64,000 nt of DNA. Source: Rickettsiales bacterium (GTDB taxonomy: Bacteria; Pseudomonadota; Alphaproteobacteria; Rickettsiales; RGZB01). The stretch's first letter is position 1, and every line of letters starts with the position of its first letter. The stretch is from positions 416,562-480,561 of the forward strand of contig JBIKVZ010000001.1 of assembly GCA_044356525.1 (NCBI GenBank). Reading direction: 5' to 3'. A program made the position numbers and the translations under genes. The notes under the pieces were generated by a model. It made no database searches, had not been told where the DNA came from, and worked only from the letters and a program-made list of their open reading frames with translations. Positions 47,232-57,100 of this stretch are shown here, in pieces.

Positions 47232-47538
47232 TAACCATTCGATATCTTCGGGGGCTAGGCCCCCAGAAGGAAACTCTATATAAAGGGTTTTAAACGGAAG
47301 GGCAAGACCGTTTACCGCCTTGGTTTAGGGCGGTTTTGCGCCTTTTTTGGGGCATAAACCCCCCGCATTACCCCTGTTGCACAAATACAACACACCCGCC
47401 CTTCCGGCCATTTCGCCGCCCTGCTTCTCTTTTCCAGTAACCTTTTATTAACCACGCGCTGCCATTCTGGCTGAACCCGCGTGGTGCATCTCCCGAATGC
47501 TATGTATCACGCGGGTAACGACTCTAAAGGAGACGAGT

Positions 47539-48105
47539 ATGAAAAAATTTCTGCCCTTACTGATGATTCTTGTGCTTGGCGCTGCTGGCACTGCCGCCGC
47601 AAGTTACGATGATGTTCCGTTTTACGTCGGCGCCGGTTATGCCCACACGACGCTTTCCTATGAGGGCAATCTTGACCAGAGTTTTGCCGATAATTTTCCA
47701 GGCGGCGAAGTGTTCGGCGGTTACCGCTTCCATGAATATGGCGCGATAGAATTCGGTGGCTATGTCACCATGGAAGAAGAACAGCGCAATGGCACGCTCA
47801 CCACAAATTTTCAGATGATGGGCGCTTACGCGAGCTTGATGGCCATCGCGCCTGTGCATGAAAACCTGAATCTGCTCGCGGATGTGGGTTATATGATTAT
47901 GTATAAAGATATTTCTGCCACCTCTGCTTTTGGCGGAAGCGCTGCGGATGATGGCACACAGGACGGGGTTCGTGCCGGCCTAGGGTTTGAAATCCTGTTC
48001 AGCGAAGAATTCGGTCTGCGCAGCATGGCGCATTACCTGCAAGACACATCCGATGGTATCGACTACCAGCTGCAATATAGCGCAGCGGTGGTGTACCACT
48101 TCTAA
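47539..48105 (+). CDS. outer-membrane beta-barrel protein
   Basis: ATG 47539 follows RBS AAGGAG. Signal peptide MKKFLPLLMILVLGAAGTAAA, and C-terminal ...AAVVYHF. Start trimmed from track 47497. Confidence 0.7.
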   Translation: MKKFLPLLMILVLGAAGTAAASYDDVPFYVGAGYAHTTLSYEGNLDQSFADNFPGGEVFGGYRFHEYGAIEFGGYVTMEEEQRNGTLTTNFQMMGAYASLMAIAPVHENLNLLADVGYMIMYKDISATSAFGGSAADDGTQDGVRAGLGFEILFSEEFGLRSMAHYLQDTSDGIDYQLQYSAAVVYHF

Positions 48106-48252
48106 GAAATACCGTTGCTTCAAGGGGGAGGAAACCAAGAAGCAACGCGTGGGGGGAGAGAACGGCGGGACGCAAGTTTTACTCGACTTGGTCCCGCCGT
48201 TTCGTTTATAACCTGTGCAACGGTTTAAGCCATTTTCTTCGGGAACATCTGC

Positions 48253-49017
48253 GTGAAACATACCTCCCCTGCCGCGGCGTTGAAACACGCTAAAAAACAA
48301 AAATTCTACGAAACATGGACGTTTCTTATCCTTGTATGCGTGGTGGTGCCGATTGTGCTGCGCAGTTTTGTGTTTACGCCGTTCCACATTCCGTCGGGCT
48401 CCATGAAGTCTGGCCTCTTGGTGGGCGACTATATTTTCGTTTCCAAATCGGCCTATGGGTACAGCCGTTACTCCATGCCACTTGCCCCGCGTTTGTGGGA
48501 AGATCGCATTTTCTTTGAGGAGCCAGCACGCGGCGATGTTATTGTGTTCCGCCTGCCGTCAAACCCTTCCATTGACTACATCAAGCGCCTCGTCGGTTTG
48601 CCGGGCGACACCATTCAGGTAAAGCGCGGCGTGCTTTTCATTAACGGCAAAGCCTTGCCGCGTGAAGATCTCGGCTGGTGGGAAGAAAAAGACGAACGCG
48701 GGCGCGCGCACCGCTACCGCCAATTTAAAGAAACCATGCCCGAAGGCAAAAGCTACATTGTGCTCGACGATGCGCCGAATGGCCCGCTAGATGATACGGA
48801 TGTCTACACCGTGCCAGCCGCGCATTATTTCTTCATGGGCGATAACCGCGATAATTCACAGGATAGCCGCGTCATCAGCATGGTGGGCTATGTGCCAGCA
48901 GAAAATCTGGTGGGTAAAGCCAAGCGCGTATTCGTTTCCGCCGATGCACCGTTCTACATTATCTGGAAATGGCTGGCGAATATCCGCACCGATCGTTTCT
49001 GGCAGGCCATCGAGTAA
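48253..49017 (+). CDS. lepB: signal peptidase I
   Basis: IPSGSMKSGLL (Ser box), YIKRLVGLPGD (Lys box), GDNRDNSQDSR. Confidence 0.9.
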   Translation: MKHTSPAAALKHAKKQKFYETWTFLILVCVVVPIVLRSFVFTPFHIPSGSMKSGLLVGDYIFVSKSAYGYSRYSMPLAPRLWEDRIFFEEPARGDVIVFRLPSNPSIDYIKRLVGLPGDTIQVKRGVLFINGKALPREDLGWWEEKDERGRAHRYRQFKETMPEGKSYIVLDDAPNGPLDDTDVYTVPAAHYFFMGDNRDNSQDSRVISMVGYVPAENLVGKAKRVFVSADAPFYIIWKWLANIRTDRFWQAIE

Positions 49018-49021
49018 CCGC

Positions 49022-49693
49022 ATGAATCGGTTCACGCAAAAACTGGGCCATGTGTTTCGCGATCCTTCGCTACTCAAAGAGGCGCTCACACACCCCAGCT
49101 TTGGCGCACCGAATTACGAGCGTCTGGAATTTTTAGGCGACAGTGTCCTCAGTCTGCTCGTCACCGAATACCTGCTTACGTTTTATCCCAAGGAAGATGA
49201 AGGCGCGCTCGCGAAGCGCCGCGCGCAATTGGTGCGGGGCGAAACCCTCGCCAAAATGGCAGAAAAAATTCATTTGGGCGATGCGTTGATTTTGGGCGAT
49301 GGCGAAGAAAAAACCGGTGGCCGCGAGAACGTTGCCAATCTTGAAAATGCTTTTGAGGCGCTGCTGGGCGCCATGTATCTTGATGGCGGGCTGAAGGCGG
49401 CCAAAGCCTTCCTGTTACCACTTCTAGACCCCCACGCCGCCAGTATGGCCGAACCCCCGCGTGACAGTAAAACCTTACTGCAGGAATGGGCGCAGAGCCT
49501 TGGGCTACCCCTGCCACACTACACACTGATTGAAGCCACCGGCCCCGCGCACGCACCGCTGTTTTTGGTGGAAGTGAGTGTCGAAGGTAAGGGTATGGCG
49601 CGCGGCAGCGGCGCTTCAAAAAAAGTTGCCGAGCAAGATGCGGCGGGCGCGCTGCTCGCGCAGCTTGGCGAAGCCCCCCGCCCCGTGCTATAA
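49022..49693 (+). CDS. rnc: ribonuclease III
   Basis: MNRFTQKLGHVFRDPSLLKEALTHPSF, signature ERLEFLGDSVL, and a C-terminal dsRBD (SKKVAEQDAAGALL). Start trimmed from track 48791. Confidence 0.9.
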   Translation: MNRFTQKLGHVFRDPSLLKEALTHPSFGAPNYERLEFLGDSVLSLLVTEYLLTFYPKEDEGALAKRRAQLVRGETLAKMAEKIHLGDALILGDGEEKTGGRENVANLENAFEALLGAMYLDGGLKAAKAFLLPLLDPHAASMAEPPRDSKTLLQEWAQSLGLPLPHYTLIEATGPAHAPLFLVEVSVEGKGMARGSGASKKVAEQDAAGALLAQLGEAPRPVL

Positions 49694-49702
49694 GCTTAAG
49701 GC

Positions 49703-50629
49703 ATGAACAATCCCCGCACAGATCTTTCTTCTCAGTGTTGTTCGGTGATCGCCCTTGTGGGTGAAACGAATGCTGGTAAGTCCACACTGCTCAACACACT
49801 GGTGGGCAGCAAGCTTGCCATCGTTACCCCCAAGGTGCAAACCACGCGCACGCTTTTGCGCGGCATCGTCATGGCGGGCCAGACCCAGCTCATCTTTGTC
49901 GACACACCCGGCATCTTCACCCCCAAACGCGGCCTCGAAAAATCCATGGTCAAAACCGCATGGAGCGGTATGGATAGCGGCGACACAATTTTATTACTCA
50001 TAGACAGCCATCGCGGCATCACCCCTCATCTAAACACGATTTTAGAAGGCATCGAAAACCGCGTGAAACGCGGTGGCGTGCGGGCCATTGCGGTGCTGAA
50101 TAAAACTGACAGCATCACACCGGAAAAATTATTACCGCTCGCTGCGGCGCTGGGCGAAAAAAACATTTTCGAACAGGTGTTCATGATCAGCGGCCTCACT
50201 GGCGATGGGGTAGACGACGTGAAGAACTACCTCGCGGAAGGTGCACCCAAACAACCTTGGATGTTCCCCGAAGACCAGATTACCGATGCGCCGATGCGCT
50301 TTATCGCCGCTGAAATCACACGCGAAAAACTGTTCATGAAATTGCGGCAGGAGCTGCCGTACTCCCTGATGGTAGAAACCGAAAAATGGGAAGAACGTCC
50401 GGTGTCGAAAACCGAGCCCGCAGGTGGTGTGAAAATACATCAGGCTATTGTTGTAGAGCGCGAAAGCCATAAAAAAATCGTACTGGGTAAAGGCGGTGGC
50501 ACCATCCGCGCCGTGGGTGAAGAAGCGCGCAAAGATTTAGAGCGCATGCTGTCGCAGCACGTGCATTTGTTCCTGTTTGTAAAAGTGCGGGAAAACTGGC
50601 AGGATGATACATCGAACCTGACGTTATAA
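49703..50629 (+). CDS. era: GTPase Era
   Basis: G1 GETNAGKST, G3 DTPG, G4 NKTD, and a C-terminal KH domain (VERESHKKIVLGKGG). Confidence 0.92.
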   Translation: MNNPRTDLSSQCCSVIALVGETNAGKSTLLNTLVGSKLAIVTPKVQTTRTLLRGIVMAGQTQLIFVDTPGIFTPKRGLEKSMVKTAWSGMDSGDTILLLIDSHRGITPHLNTILEGIENRVKRGGVRAIAVLNKTDSITPEKLLPLAAALGEKNIFEQVFMISGLTGDGVDDVKNYLAEGAPKQPWMFPEDQITDAPMRFIAAEITREKLFMKLRQELPYSLMVETEKWEERPVSKTEPAGGVKIHQAIVVERESHKKIVLGKGGGTIRAVGEEARKDLERMLSQHVHLFLFVKVRENWQDDTSNLTL

Positions 50630-50643
50630 GAGGTCCTCACGCC

Positions 50644-51156
50644 ATGCGCATGGTATTTTTGCTGACGGTGTTTGCCTTAAGTTTCGCGCCTGCTGCGCAC
50701 GCCTTCGATTATTGCCGCTGCAAGTATGAATGGACGCCTGCCGAAAGCTGGGAGCGCTCGGGTCGCGTGTTCGCCGGTAAGGTCGTTGAGGTCAAAGATT
50801 ACGGCACTAAAAAACTGCGTGTGTATTTTGATGTTAGCAAAAGCTGGCGTGGGCCCGCGCAGGAGCAGTTGCGCCTCTTTACCGACCGCGCCGATACATA
50901 CGGTGTTTTGAAATATGGCATCAGCTGCGGCTATCCCTTTGAGCAGGGCAAAGAATATCTCGTCTATGCGTTTTACGAAAAACACAGCCCGCTGACCGTT
51001 GATAAATGCACCCGCACACGGCTTTTGTCTGAAGCGGGTGAAGATTTAATTGCGCTGGGTGAGCCCGATGTCACCTTCACACCGGAAGGCCCACGCTACC
51101 GTAACCCTCCCACCCCTGCCGGAGTGTCGTATGAACCTCTCTCGCCGACTGAATAA
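50644..51156 (+). CDS. secreted CxC-motif protein, possible TIMP/NTR-like OB fold
   Basis: Signal peptide ...FAPAAHA, then FDYCRCKYEWTPAESWERSGRVFAGKVVEV..., later SCGYPFEQGKEYLVYA and DKCTRT. Confidence 0.55.
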   Translation: MRMVFLLTVFALSFAPAAHAFDYCRCKYEWTPAESWERSGRVFAGKVVEVKDYGTKKLRVYFDVSKSWRGPAQEQLRLFTDRADTYGVLKYGISCGYPFEQGKEYLVYAFYEKHSPLTVDKCTRTRLLSEAGEDLIALGEPDVTFTPEGPRYRNPPTPAGVSYEPLSPTE

Positions 51157-51778
51157 ATCGCTCCTGTGCACGGCGCTGCTGCTGTGCGTGACGCTGCCGC
51201 AGGCAGCGGATGCCAAGCGGCGTGACCCCACCATGTCGCAAGATTGCGGCTGCCCGGGAACGCGTTTCCCGATGGAAAATGCAGCCATTGCGTTTAAGGG
51301 CACCCTCACCCACATCACCGAAACCACCAAAGAAGTGCGTGGTTTTCCATTTGAGTTTGTCGACCTTACCTTCCGCATCGAAACATTGTGGCGCGGCCTG
51401 CCGGTAGACATCACCGAATACACCATCCGCACCGACTCCACCTCATGCGGGTATGGCCGTATCTTCGCGCCTGATGGCGGCGGCAATATCATTGGCGGCA
51501 CCTTCGGCGTGTTTGCCAGCGACCCTTATTTAAGCGTCTGCGACAGTGTAGTGGTGGATGAAACATGGTTTCCAAAAAACAAAAACCCGTTTGTGTCCGA
51601 TGCCAATCAACCGAAAAAACCTGCTGGCTCGTGGGACAAACGCTACCCCGACGGCTGGGTCGACTTGCAAGAAAAAGAAAAAGAGCGGATGGAAAAAGAG
51701 CGCGAGGCAGCACCGTCTGATTTTGACCCGCGTGCACGCTCACCCGAGCAGCAATATAACCGTGTTAACCCGCAATAA
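51131..51778 (+). CDS. secreted CxC-motif protein, paralog of the preceding gene
   Basis: ATG 51131 gives MNLSRRLNKSLLCTALLLCVTLPQAADA, then DCGCPG...AIAFKGTLTHI...SCGYGRIF. Start trimmed from track 51050. Confidence 0.55.
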   Translation: MNLSRRLNKSLLCTALLLCVTLPQAADAKRRDPTMSQDCGCPGTRFPMENAAIAFKGTLTHITETTKEVRGFPFEFVDLTFRIETLWRGLPVDITEYTIRTDSTSCGYGRIFAPDGGGNIIGGTFGVFASDPYLSVCDSVVVDETWFPKNKNPFVSDANQPKKPAGSWDKRYPDGWVDLQEKEKERMEKEREAAPSDFDPRARSPEQQYNRVNPQ

Positions 51779-52670
51779 AGGCTTCCAGGCGCTGACGTAA
51801 TTTTTGTTGCAGCGTGGCGAGCTGCGCCGTATCTGGTGTTGAAATAAGGTGTGACACATCGCCTTTTTTCGCGGCATCAATAAAATCTGCCACACTCACT
51901 CGCCTCAGCAATGTTTCATAGCCTGAAAAACGCTCCGTGCGTTGACCGATATCCAGAAAAATAACCGGCGTACCAAAAGCAAGGCACGGCAGCGCCGCAT
52001 GCAGCCGCGCCGTTACCACCAACTTTGCGCCGGCGTAAATCGCTAATAATTCTTCTGCACACTGCATTCTTTTTTCCAGACTGTGGCACAGCGTCAAATG
52101 CGTCACTTTTTTCGCAGCGGAACGCATTTCTTTCGGCAGTTTACGCCATATGTCATAACGGTGCGTCGTTAGCGGTAATGTGCCAAAAGGGTCGGCAAAA
52201 ACAACCGTCTCCGTACGCGCCACGTTCGGCCGCTTCAGTGTCAGCGTCAGACAACCGGTAAATTCGGCGGGCACACCCATTGCGTCAAAAGCCTTAAGCG
52301 TGGCAATGTCACGGCAACCAATGGGCGCATGGTCTGTATAATAGGCTCGGTGTTTTTCATCCAGCACTGAGCCCTGCGGTAGGCGTCCCAGCACGGTATC
52401 ATACACACGCGCGCGGATATTCTGCGCGCCGGTAGGCCGCCCATGGAACGAAACAAATAACGGTTGGATATTTTGCGTAGGTGGCCACTGGCGAGGATTG
52501 TGCATATACCAGCCATTCATGATGCATTTTGTACCTGCAGGCATCTGCGCCTTAGCAATTTTCTCACGGTTAATCCACACATCTACCTGCGGCATATATT
52601 GCCGCGCGGCAAGCGTTTGAATGTCGTCTCCTAAACTGGGGCCCGCATTATAGGCCAGTGCAAAAGTCAT
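51765..52670 (-). CDS. polysaccharide pyruvyl transferase-like protein (tentative)
   Basis: 301-aa track ORF. The N-terminal AYNAGPSLGDDIQTLAA and C-terminal VVTARLHAALPCLAFGTPVIF resemble the PS_pyruv_trans pattern. Assignment is by eye only. Confidence 0.4.
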   Translation of the reverse strand: MTFALAYNAGPSLGDDIQTLAARQYMPQVDVWINREKIAKAQMPAGTKCIMNGWYMHNPRQWPPTQNIQPLFVSFHGRPTGAQNIRARVYDTVLGRLPQGSVLDEKHRAYYTDHAPIGCRDIATLKAFDAMGVPAEFTGCLTLTLKRPNVARTETVVFADPFGTLPLTTHRYDIWRKLPKEMRSAAKKVTHLTLCHSLEKRMQCAEELLAIYAGAKLVVTARLHAALPCLAFGTPVIFLDIGQRTERFSGYETLLRRVSVADFIDAAKKGDVSHLISTPDTAQLATLQQKLRQRLEAFIAG

Positions 52671-52788
52671 GTGCGCATCAATCTCATGAAAAATGCATTA
52701 TGCGCAAGGACCACGCTTCTAAAAAGGATTTTTGTTTTTTTACACACAGTGCATAGCCACGCGCACCGCTTCGTGTTAAAATCCGCGC

Positions 52789-53544
52789 ATGGAATGGCAC
52801 GACACCGCACTCATCCTCTCCACCCGCGCGTATGGCGAGCACGCACTGCTCGTGCGTGTGTTTTCGCGTGAGCAGGGTGTGTATAGCGGCATGGTGCGGC
52901 TTTCAAAAAAAGCGCGGGCAGGTGTGCAGCCCGGCAATGTGGTGGAAGCGCATTGGAGCGCGCGGCTCGAAGACCAGCTCGGTAGTTTACGCGTAGAGCC
53001 TGCCAAGGCCTTCTCCGCCCTCATCATTCAAGACGGTGCAAAACTCAATGCCATGAACGCGGCCCTCTCGCTTATCGTAGCCGCCATGCCAGAGCGTGAC
53101 CCGCACCCATCGCTTTATGTTTCGCTGCTGAATTTCCTTTCCGTCCTTACGCGCGGCCAGCCGGAAGATTGGCTCAAAACCTATGTGCTGCTTGAAATGG
53201 AATTGTTAAAAGAACTCGGTTTCGGGCTCGACCTCACCACCTGCGCGGCCACCGGTGTACATGAAAACCTGATATATGTATCGCCCAAATCAGGCCGTGC
53301 TGTGTGCGAAAGCGCCGGAAAAATCTATCACGATAAGCTATTGCCCCTGCCCGCATTTTTATCCGGCGGGAGCGGCGATTCCCCCGTCACCGATATTTTC
53401 GGCGGGCTGCGTTTAACGGGTTATTTTCTAGAAAAACATCTGCTTGAATATTCCCGCCACGGTCTGCCGCAGGCGCGCGAACGTTTACTATCGCTTGTTT
53501 CCGGCGTGCTCTCTCCGGCGGCCCCCTGCCCTCTGCCCGCATAG
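52789..53544 (+). CDS. recO: DNA repair protein RecO
   Basis: MEWHDTALILSTRAYGEHALLVRVFSREQGVYSGMVR is an OB-fold N-terminus typical of RecO. It sits downstream of era, as in many bacteria. Confidence 0.85.
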   Translation: MEWHDTALILSTRAYGEHALLVRVFSREQGVYSGMVRLSKKARAGVQPGNVVEAHWSARLEDQLGSLRVEPAKAFSALIIQDGAKLNAMNAALSLIVAAMPERDPHPSLYVSLLNFLSVLTRGQPEDWLKTYVLLEMELLKELGFGLDLTTCAATGVHENLIYVSPKSGRAVCESAGKIYHDKLLPLPAFLSGGSGDSPVTDIFGGLRLTGYFLEKHLLEYSRHGLPQARERLLSLVSGVLSPAAPCPLPA

Positions 53545-53602
53545 CGTCTTGGTTAAAAAGCCTTGAAATCCGCCATTCTTATGGTGTAAAACCCTTACAC
53601 AC

Positions 53603-55834
53603 ATGTCAAAAAAGAAAACGCCCATTGCTGAAACTGTCGTCTCCGTGGACTTTACCGCCGCGCTGGAGGACCGTTATTTTGCCTATGCGCTTTCCACCAT
53701 TATGTCGCGCTCCCTGCCCGACGTGAGGGATGGTTTAAAGCCCGTACATCGCCGTTTGCTCTACGCCATGTTGCAGCTGAAACTCGACCCCAAGTCCGGC
53801 TATAAAAAATGCGCCCGCGTGGTGGGTGACGTAATTGGTAAATACCACCCGCACGGTGACGTAGCGGTGTATGACACCATGGTACGCCTCGCGCAAAGTT
53901 TCTCGGTGCGCTACCCGCTCGTGGAAGGTCAGGGGAACTTCGGCTCGGTGGATGGCGATAACGCCGCCGCCATGCGATACACCGAAGCCAAGCTGACCGA
54001 CGCGGCCATGTCGCTCCTCGAAAACTTACACGACGATACGGTGGATTTCAGGCCGACCTACGATGGCTCTGAATCCGAACCCATCGTACTGCCTGCCGCT
54101 TTCCCGAATCTGCTCGCCAATGGCGCCGAAGGCATTGCCGTGGGCATGGCGACCTCTGTGCCGCCGCATAACGTGGGCGAGCTGTGTGATGCCTTGCTGC
54201 ATTTGATTAAAAGCCCGAATGCGCGCACCGAAACGCTGGTCGATTTAGTGCCGGGGCCTGATTTCCCCACCGGTGGCGTACTGGTGGAGCCACGTGAGAA
54301 CATCGTCAATGCCTATGAAACGGGGCGTGGCTCATTCCGCCTGCGCGCCAAGTGGGAAAAAGAAGAGCTCTCCCACGGCCTGTACCAAATTGTGGTGACA
54401 GAAATTCCGTATCAGGTGCCAAAATCGCGCCTGATTGAAAAAGTCGCCGAAGCCTTTAAAGAAAAGAAACTCGCGCTGCTGGGCAATATCCGCGATGAAT
54501 CGGCGGAAGATATCCGCATTATTTTTGAGCCGCGCAGCCGCACGGTGGATGCTGAAATGCTGATGGAATCCATTTTCAAAACCACGGATTTGGATGTGCG
54601 CATTTCGCTTAACCTCAACGTGCTCTCTGCCTCCGGTATGCCGAAGGTGATGAGCTTGCGTGAGGCTTTGCAGGAATTTTTGGATCACCGCCATGTGGTG
54701 CTGCAGCGCCGCAGTAAATTCCGCCTCGAGAAAATCGACCACCGGCTTGAGGTGCTCGAAGGCTTGCTGATTGCGTATTTAAATCTTGATGAAGTGATTC
54801 GCATCATCCGCAGTGAAGATGAGCCCAAGCCCATCATGATGAAAAAGTGGAAACTCACCGACGTGCAGGTGGAATCCATCCTTAACATGCGCCTGCGTAG
54901 TTTGCGCAAGCTGGAAGAAGTTGAAATCCGCAGCGAGCATAAAGAGCTTTCCTCTGAAAAAGCGACCTTGAAAGCCCTGCTGAAGGACGAGCCACTGCGC
55001 TGGCAGAAAATCGCCGAGGAAATTAAAGAGATTAAAACTCGTTTCGGCTCCAAAACAACCCTTGGTAAGCGCCGAACTGCCTTTGGTGATGCGCCAAAAT
55101 CCGACATTGTCTCCATCGAAGCCTTTGTGGAGAAAGAGCCCATCACGGTTATCTGCTCCAAGCAGGGCTGGATTCGTGCGCTGAAAGGTCATGGCGAAGA
55201 ATTACTCGATAACCTGAAATTTAAAGAAGGTGACGAGCTGCGCTTTGCCTTGAAGGCACAAACGACCGACAAACTTCTCATGTTCGGCACGGATGGCAAA
55301 TTTTACATCATCGGTTGCGACAAGCTCCCGGGCGGAAAAAGCCAGGGTGAGCCGGTGCGCATCATGGTCGATATGCCGCAGGAACACGATATATGTAACC
55401 TGATGGTGTACCATTCAGGTCGCAAGCTATTGCTCGCCTCTTCGCTGGGCAAAGGCTTCGTCGCAACGGAAGATGATGTTGTGGCGCAAACGCGCAGCGG
55501 CAAGCAGGTGCTGAATGTGGGCGAAGGCGTGGCGCGCGTATGCGTGCCGATTATGCCGGGCAATGACCACGTCGCCGTCATCGGCGAAAACCGTAAATTG
55601 CTGGTGTTCCCGCTCGCCGAGGTGCCTGAAATGGCGCGTGGTGCAGGCGTGATTTTCCAGAAATACAAAAATTCCGGCCTGAGCGATGCGAAAGTATTTA
55701 CGCTGGCCGATGGCCTAAGTTGGGGCCTCGGTAATCGCACGCGCACCGAAACCAACATCACCCAGTGGGTGATCAAACGCGCCGCTGTCGGCTTCCTACC
55801 GCCACAGGGTTTCCCGCGCGAGAATAAGTTTTAA
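53603..55834 (+). CDS. parC: DNA topoisomerase IV subunit A
   Basis: [22 protein letters not shown] and active-site [10 protein letters not shown]. 743 aa, with no GyrA-box (QRRGGKG) seen. Confidence 0.85.
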   Translation: MSKKKTPIAETVVSVDFTAALEDRYFAYALSTIMSRSLPDVRDGLKPVHRRLLYAMLQLKLDPKSGYKKCARVVGDVIGKYHPHGDVAVYDTMVRLAQSFSVRYPLVEGQGNFGSVDGDNAAAMRYTEAKLTDAAMSLLENLHDDTVDFRPTYDGSESEPIVLPAAFPNLLANGAEGIAVGMATSVPPHNVGELCDALLHLIKSPNARTETLVDLVPGPDFPTGGVLVEPRENIVNAYETGRGSFRLRAKWEKEELSHGLYQIVVTEIPYQVPKSRLIEKVAEAFKEKKLALLGNIRDESAEDIRIIFEPRSRTVDAEMLMESIFKTTDLDVRISLNLNVLSASGMPKVMSLREALQEFLDHRHVVLQRRSKFRLEKIDHRLEVLEGLLIAYLNLDEVIRIIRSEDEPKPIMMKKWKLTDVQVESILNMRLRSLRKLEEVEIRSEHKELSSEKATLKALLKDEPLRWQKIAEEIKEIKTRFGSKTTLGKRRTAFGDAPKSDIVSIEAFVEKEPITVICSKQGWIRALKGHGEELLDNLKFKEGDELRFALKAQTTDKLLMFGTDGKFYIIGCDKLPGGKSQGEPVRIMVDMPQEHDICNLMVYHSGRKLLLASSLGKGFVATEDDVVAQTRSGKQVLNVGEGVARVCVPIMPGNDHVAVIGENRKLLVFPLAEVPEMARGAGVIFQKYKNSGLSDAKVFTLADGLSWGLGNRTRTETNITQWVIKRAAVGFLPPQGFPRENKF

Positions 55835-55851
55835 CCATTCGGTTTAATTTC

Positions 55852-56199
55852 TTGAAAATAAAAATCTATCACAATCCGAAATGCAGTAAGTCGCGTGAGG
55901 CGCTGGCGCTTCTACAGCAGAAAAAAATTGCGCCGGAAATTGTGGAATTTTTAAAAAATCCGCCCACGGAAGCAGAGCTTGTCGCCATTTTGGCCGCGCT
56001 TAAACTTTCCGCGCGTGATGTGCTCCGCACCAAAGAGCCGGAATATAAAGAACTCGGCCTCAGTAACCAAAAAATCACCGAAAAGCAAATCATAGGGCTG
56101 ATTGTTTCGAATCCGAAACTATTAGAGCGTCCCATCGTGGTGAATGGAAAAAAGGCCGTTATTGGCCGCCCGACTGAAAATATTCTAGCGATTCTGTAA
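55852..56199 (+). CDS. arsC: ArsC-family (arsenate reductase/Spx-fold) protein
   Basis: IYHNPKCSKSREAL, ...LERPIVV... The pattern parallels glutaredoxin-type ArsC. TTG start. Confidence 0.75.
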   Translation: MKIKIYHNPKCSKSREALALLQQKKIAPEIVEFLKNPPTEAELVAILAALKLSARDVLRTKEPEYKELGLSNQKITEKQIIGLIVSNPKLLERPIVVNGKKAVIGRPTENILAIL

Positions 56200-56314
56200 T
56201 TCCGCTTCAGCACTGCTTAATAAATCGTTACCTAAAAAATATGTTTTTGCATCCCGCCCGTAATATGTTACTTGTTTTTCAAGGCGATATTAATTTTGAG
56301 GCGTGTAATTCGGC

Positions 56315-57100
56315 ATGGCGAAGCCAAAACGGAAAAAATCACCTTCTCCTAAAAAGAAGGGCCCTGCCAAAAAGAAGGCCGCCTCGCCGCGCAAAAAGCA
56401 CGTCTCTCATAAAAAGCCCACCCGCCGTAAGCCCGTTAAAAAACCTGCTCTTAAGCCCGAAACCCTAACGGCAAAAGAAAAAGCGCAGGTACTGAAAACG
56501 GGCGTAACGGCTGACCTTATCACCCACGTTCCGGGGCATTTGCTGCACGCACCGCCACGCCCTGTTTCGGTTTCTGAGCGTGCGCCGGGGCTTATTCAGA
56601 TGGCCGCTGCCATCGACCAGTTTAATTTGCTTGTTGGCTATATTCTTTCATGGCTGTCACTTGTCATGGTGTTGCTGATGACGCTTGTCGTGGCCTTACG
56701 CTACCTGTTTTCTGTCAGCTATGTGTGGCACAGTGAACTGGTGCTCTATTGCCATGCCACATTATTTATGGGAGCGGCAGGTTATACCTTGCTCCGCGAA
56801 GGCCATGTAAGGGTTGATGTGTTCTACCAACATTTCAGTGAAAAAACAAAAGCATATGTTAATCTTTTCGGAAGCGGAATATTCCTTTTCCCATCGTGCT
56901 TGGCACTGATTTACTTCTCCGATGACTTTATCCAGCGCTCATGGCACCTGAAAGAGGGCTCCACCGAATATGGTGGTCTGGCGGGTGTGTTTTACATCAA
57001 GTCCCTCATCTGGGTGTTTGCTGGGGTTATCATGCTGCAGGGCATTGCTCTGTGCGCCCGTGCGATTGAAACCTTAAAGCGGATTTGGCGCCATGGCTGA
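56315..57100 (+). CDS. dctQ: TRAP transporter small permease (DctQ-like) with Lys-rich N-terminal extension
   Basis: The C-terminal ~165 aa have 4 TM helices (FNLLVGYILSWLSLVMVLLM..., HVRVDVFY). The first ~95 aa are KKKxP-rich. An alternative internal start is possible at 56603. Confidence 0.7.
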   Translation: MAKPKRKKSPSPKKKGPAKKKAASPRKKHVSHKKPTRRKPVKKPALKPETLTAKEKAQVLKTGVTADLITHVPGHLLHAPPRPVSVSERAPGLIQMAAAIDQFNLLVGYILSWLSLVMVLLMTLVVALRYLFSVSYVWHSELVLYCHATLFMGAAGYTLLREGHVRVDVFYQHFSEKTKAYVNLFGSGIFLFPSCLALIYFSDDFIQRSWHLKEGSTEYGGLAGVFYIKSLIWVFAGVIMLQGIALCARAIETLKRIWRHG

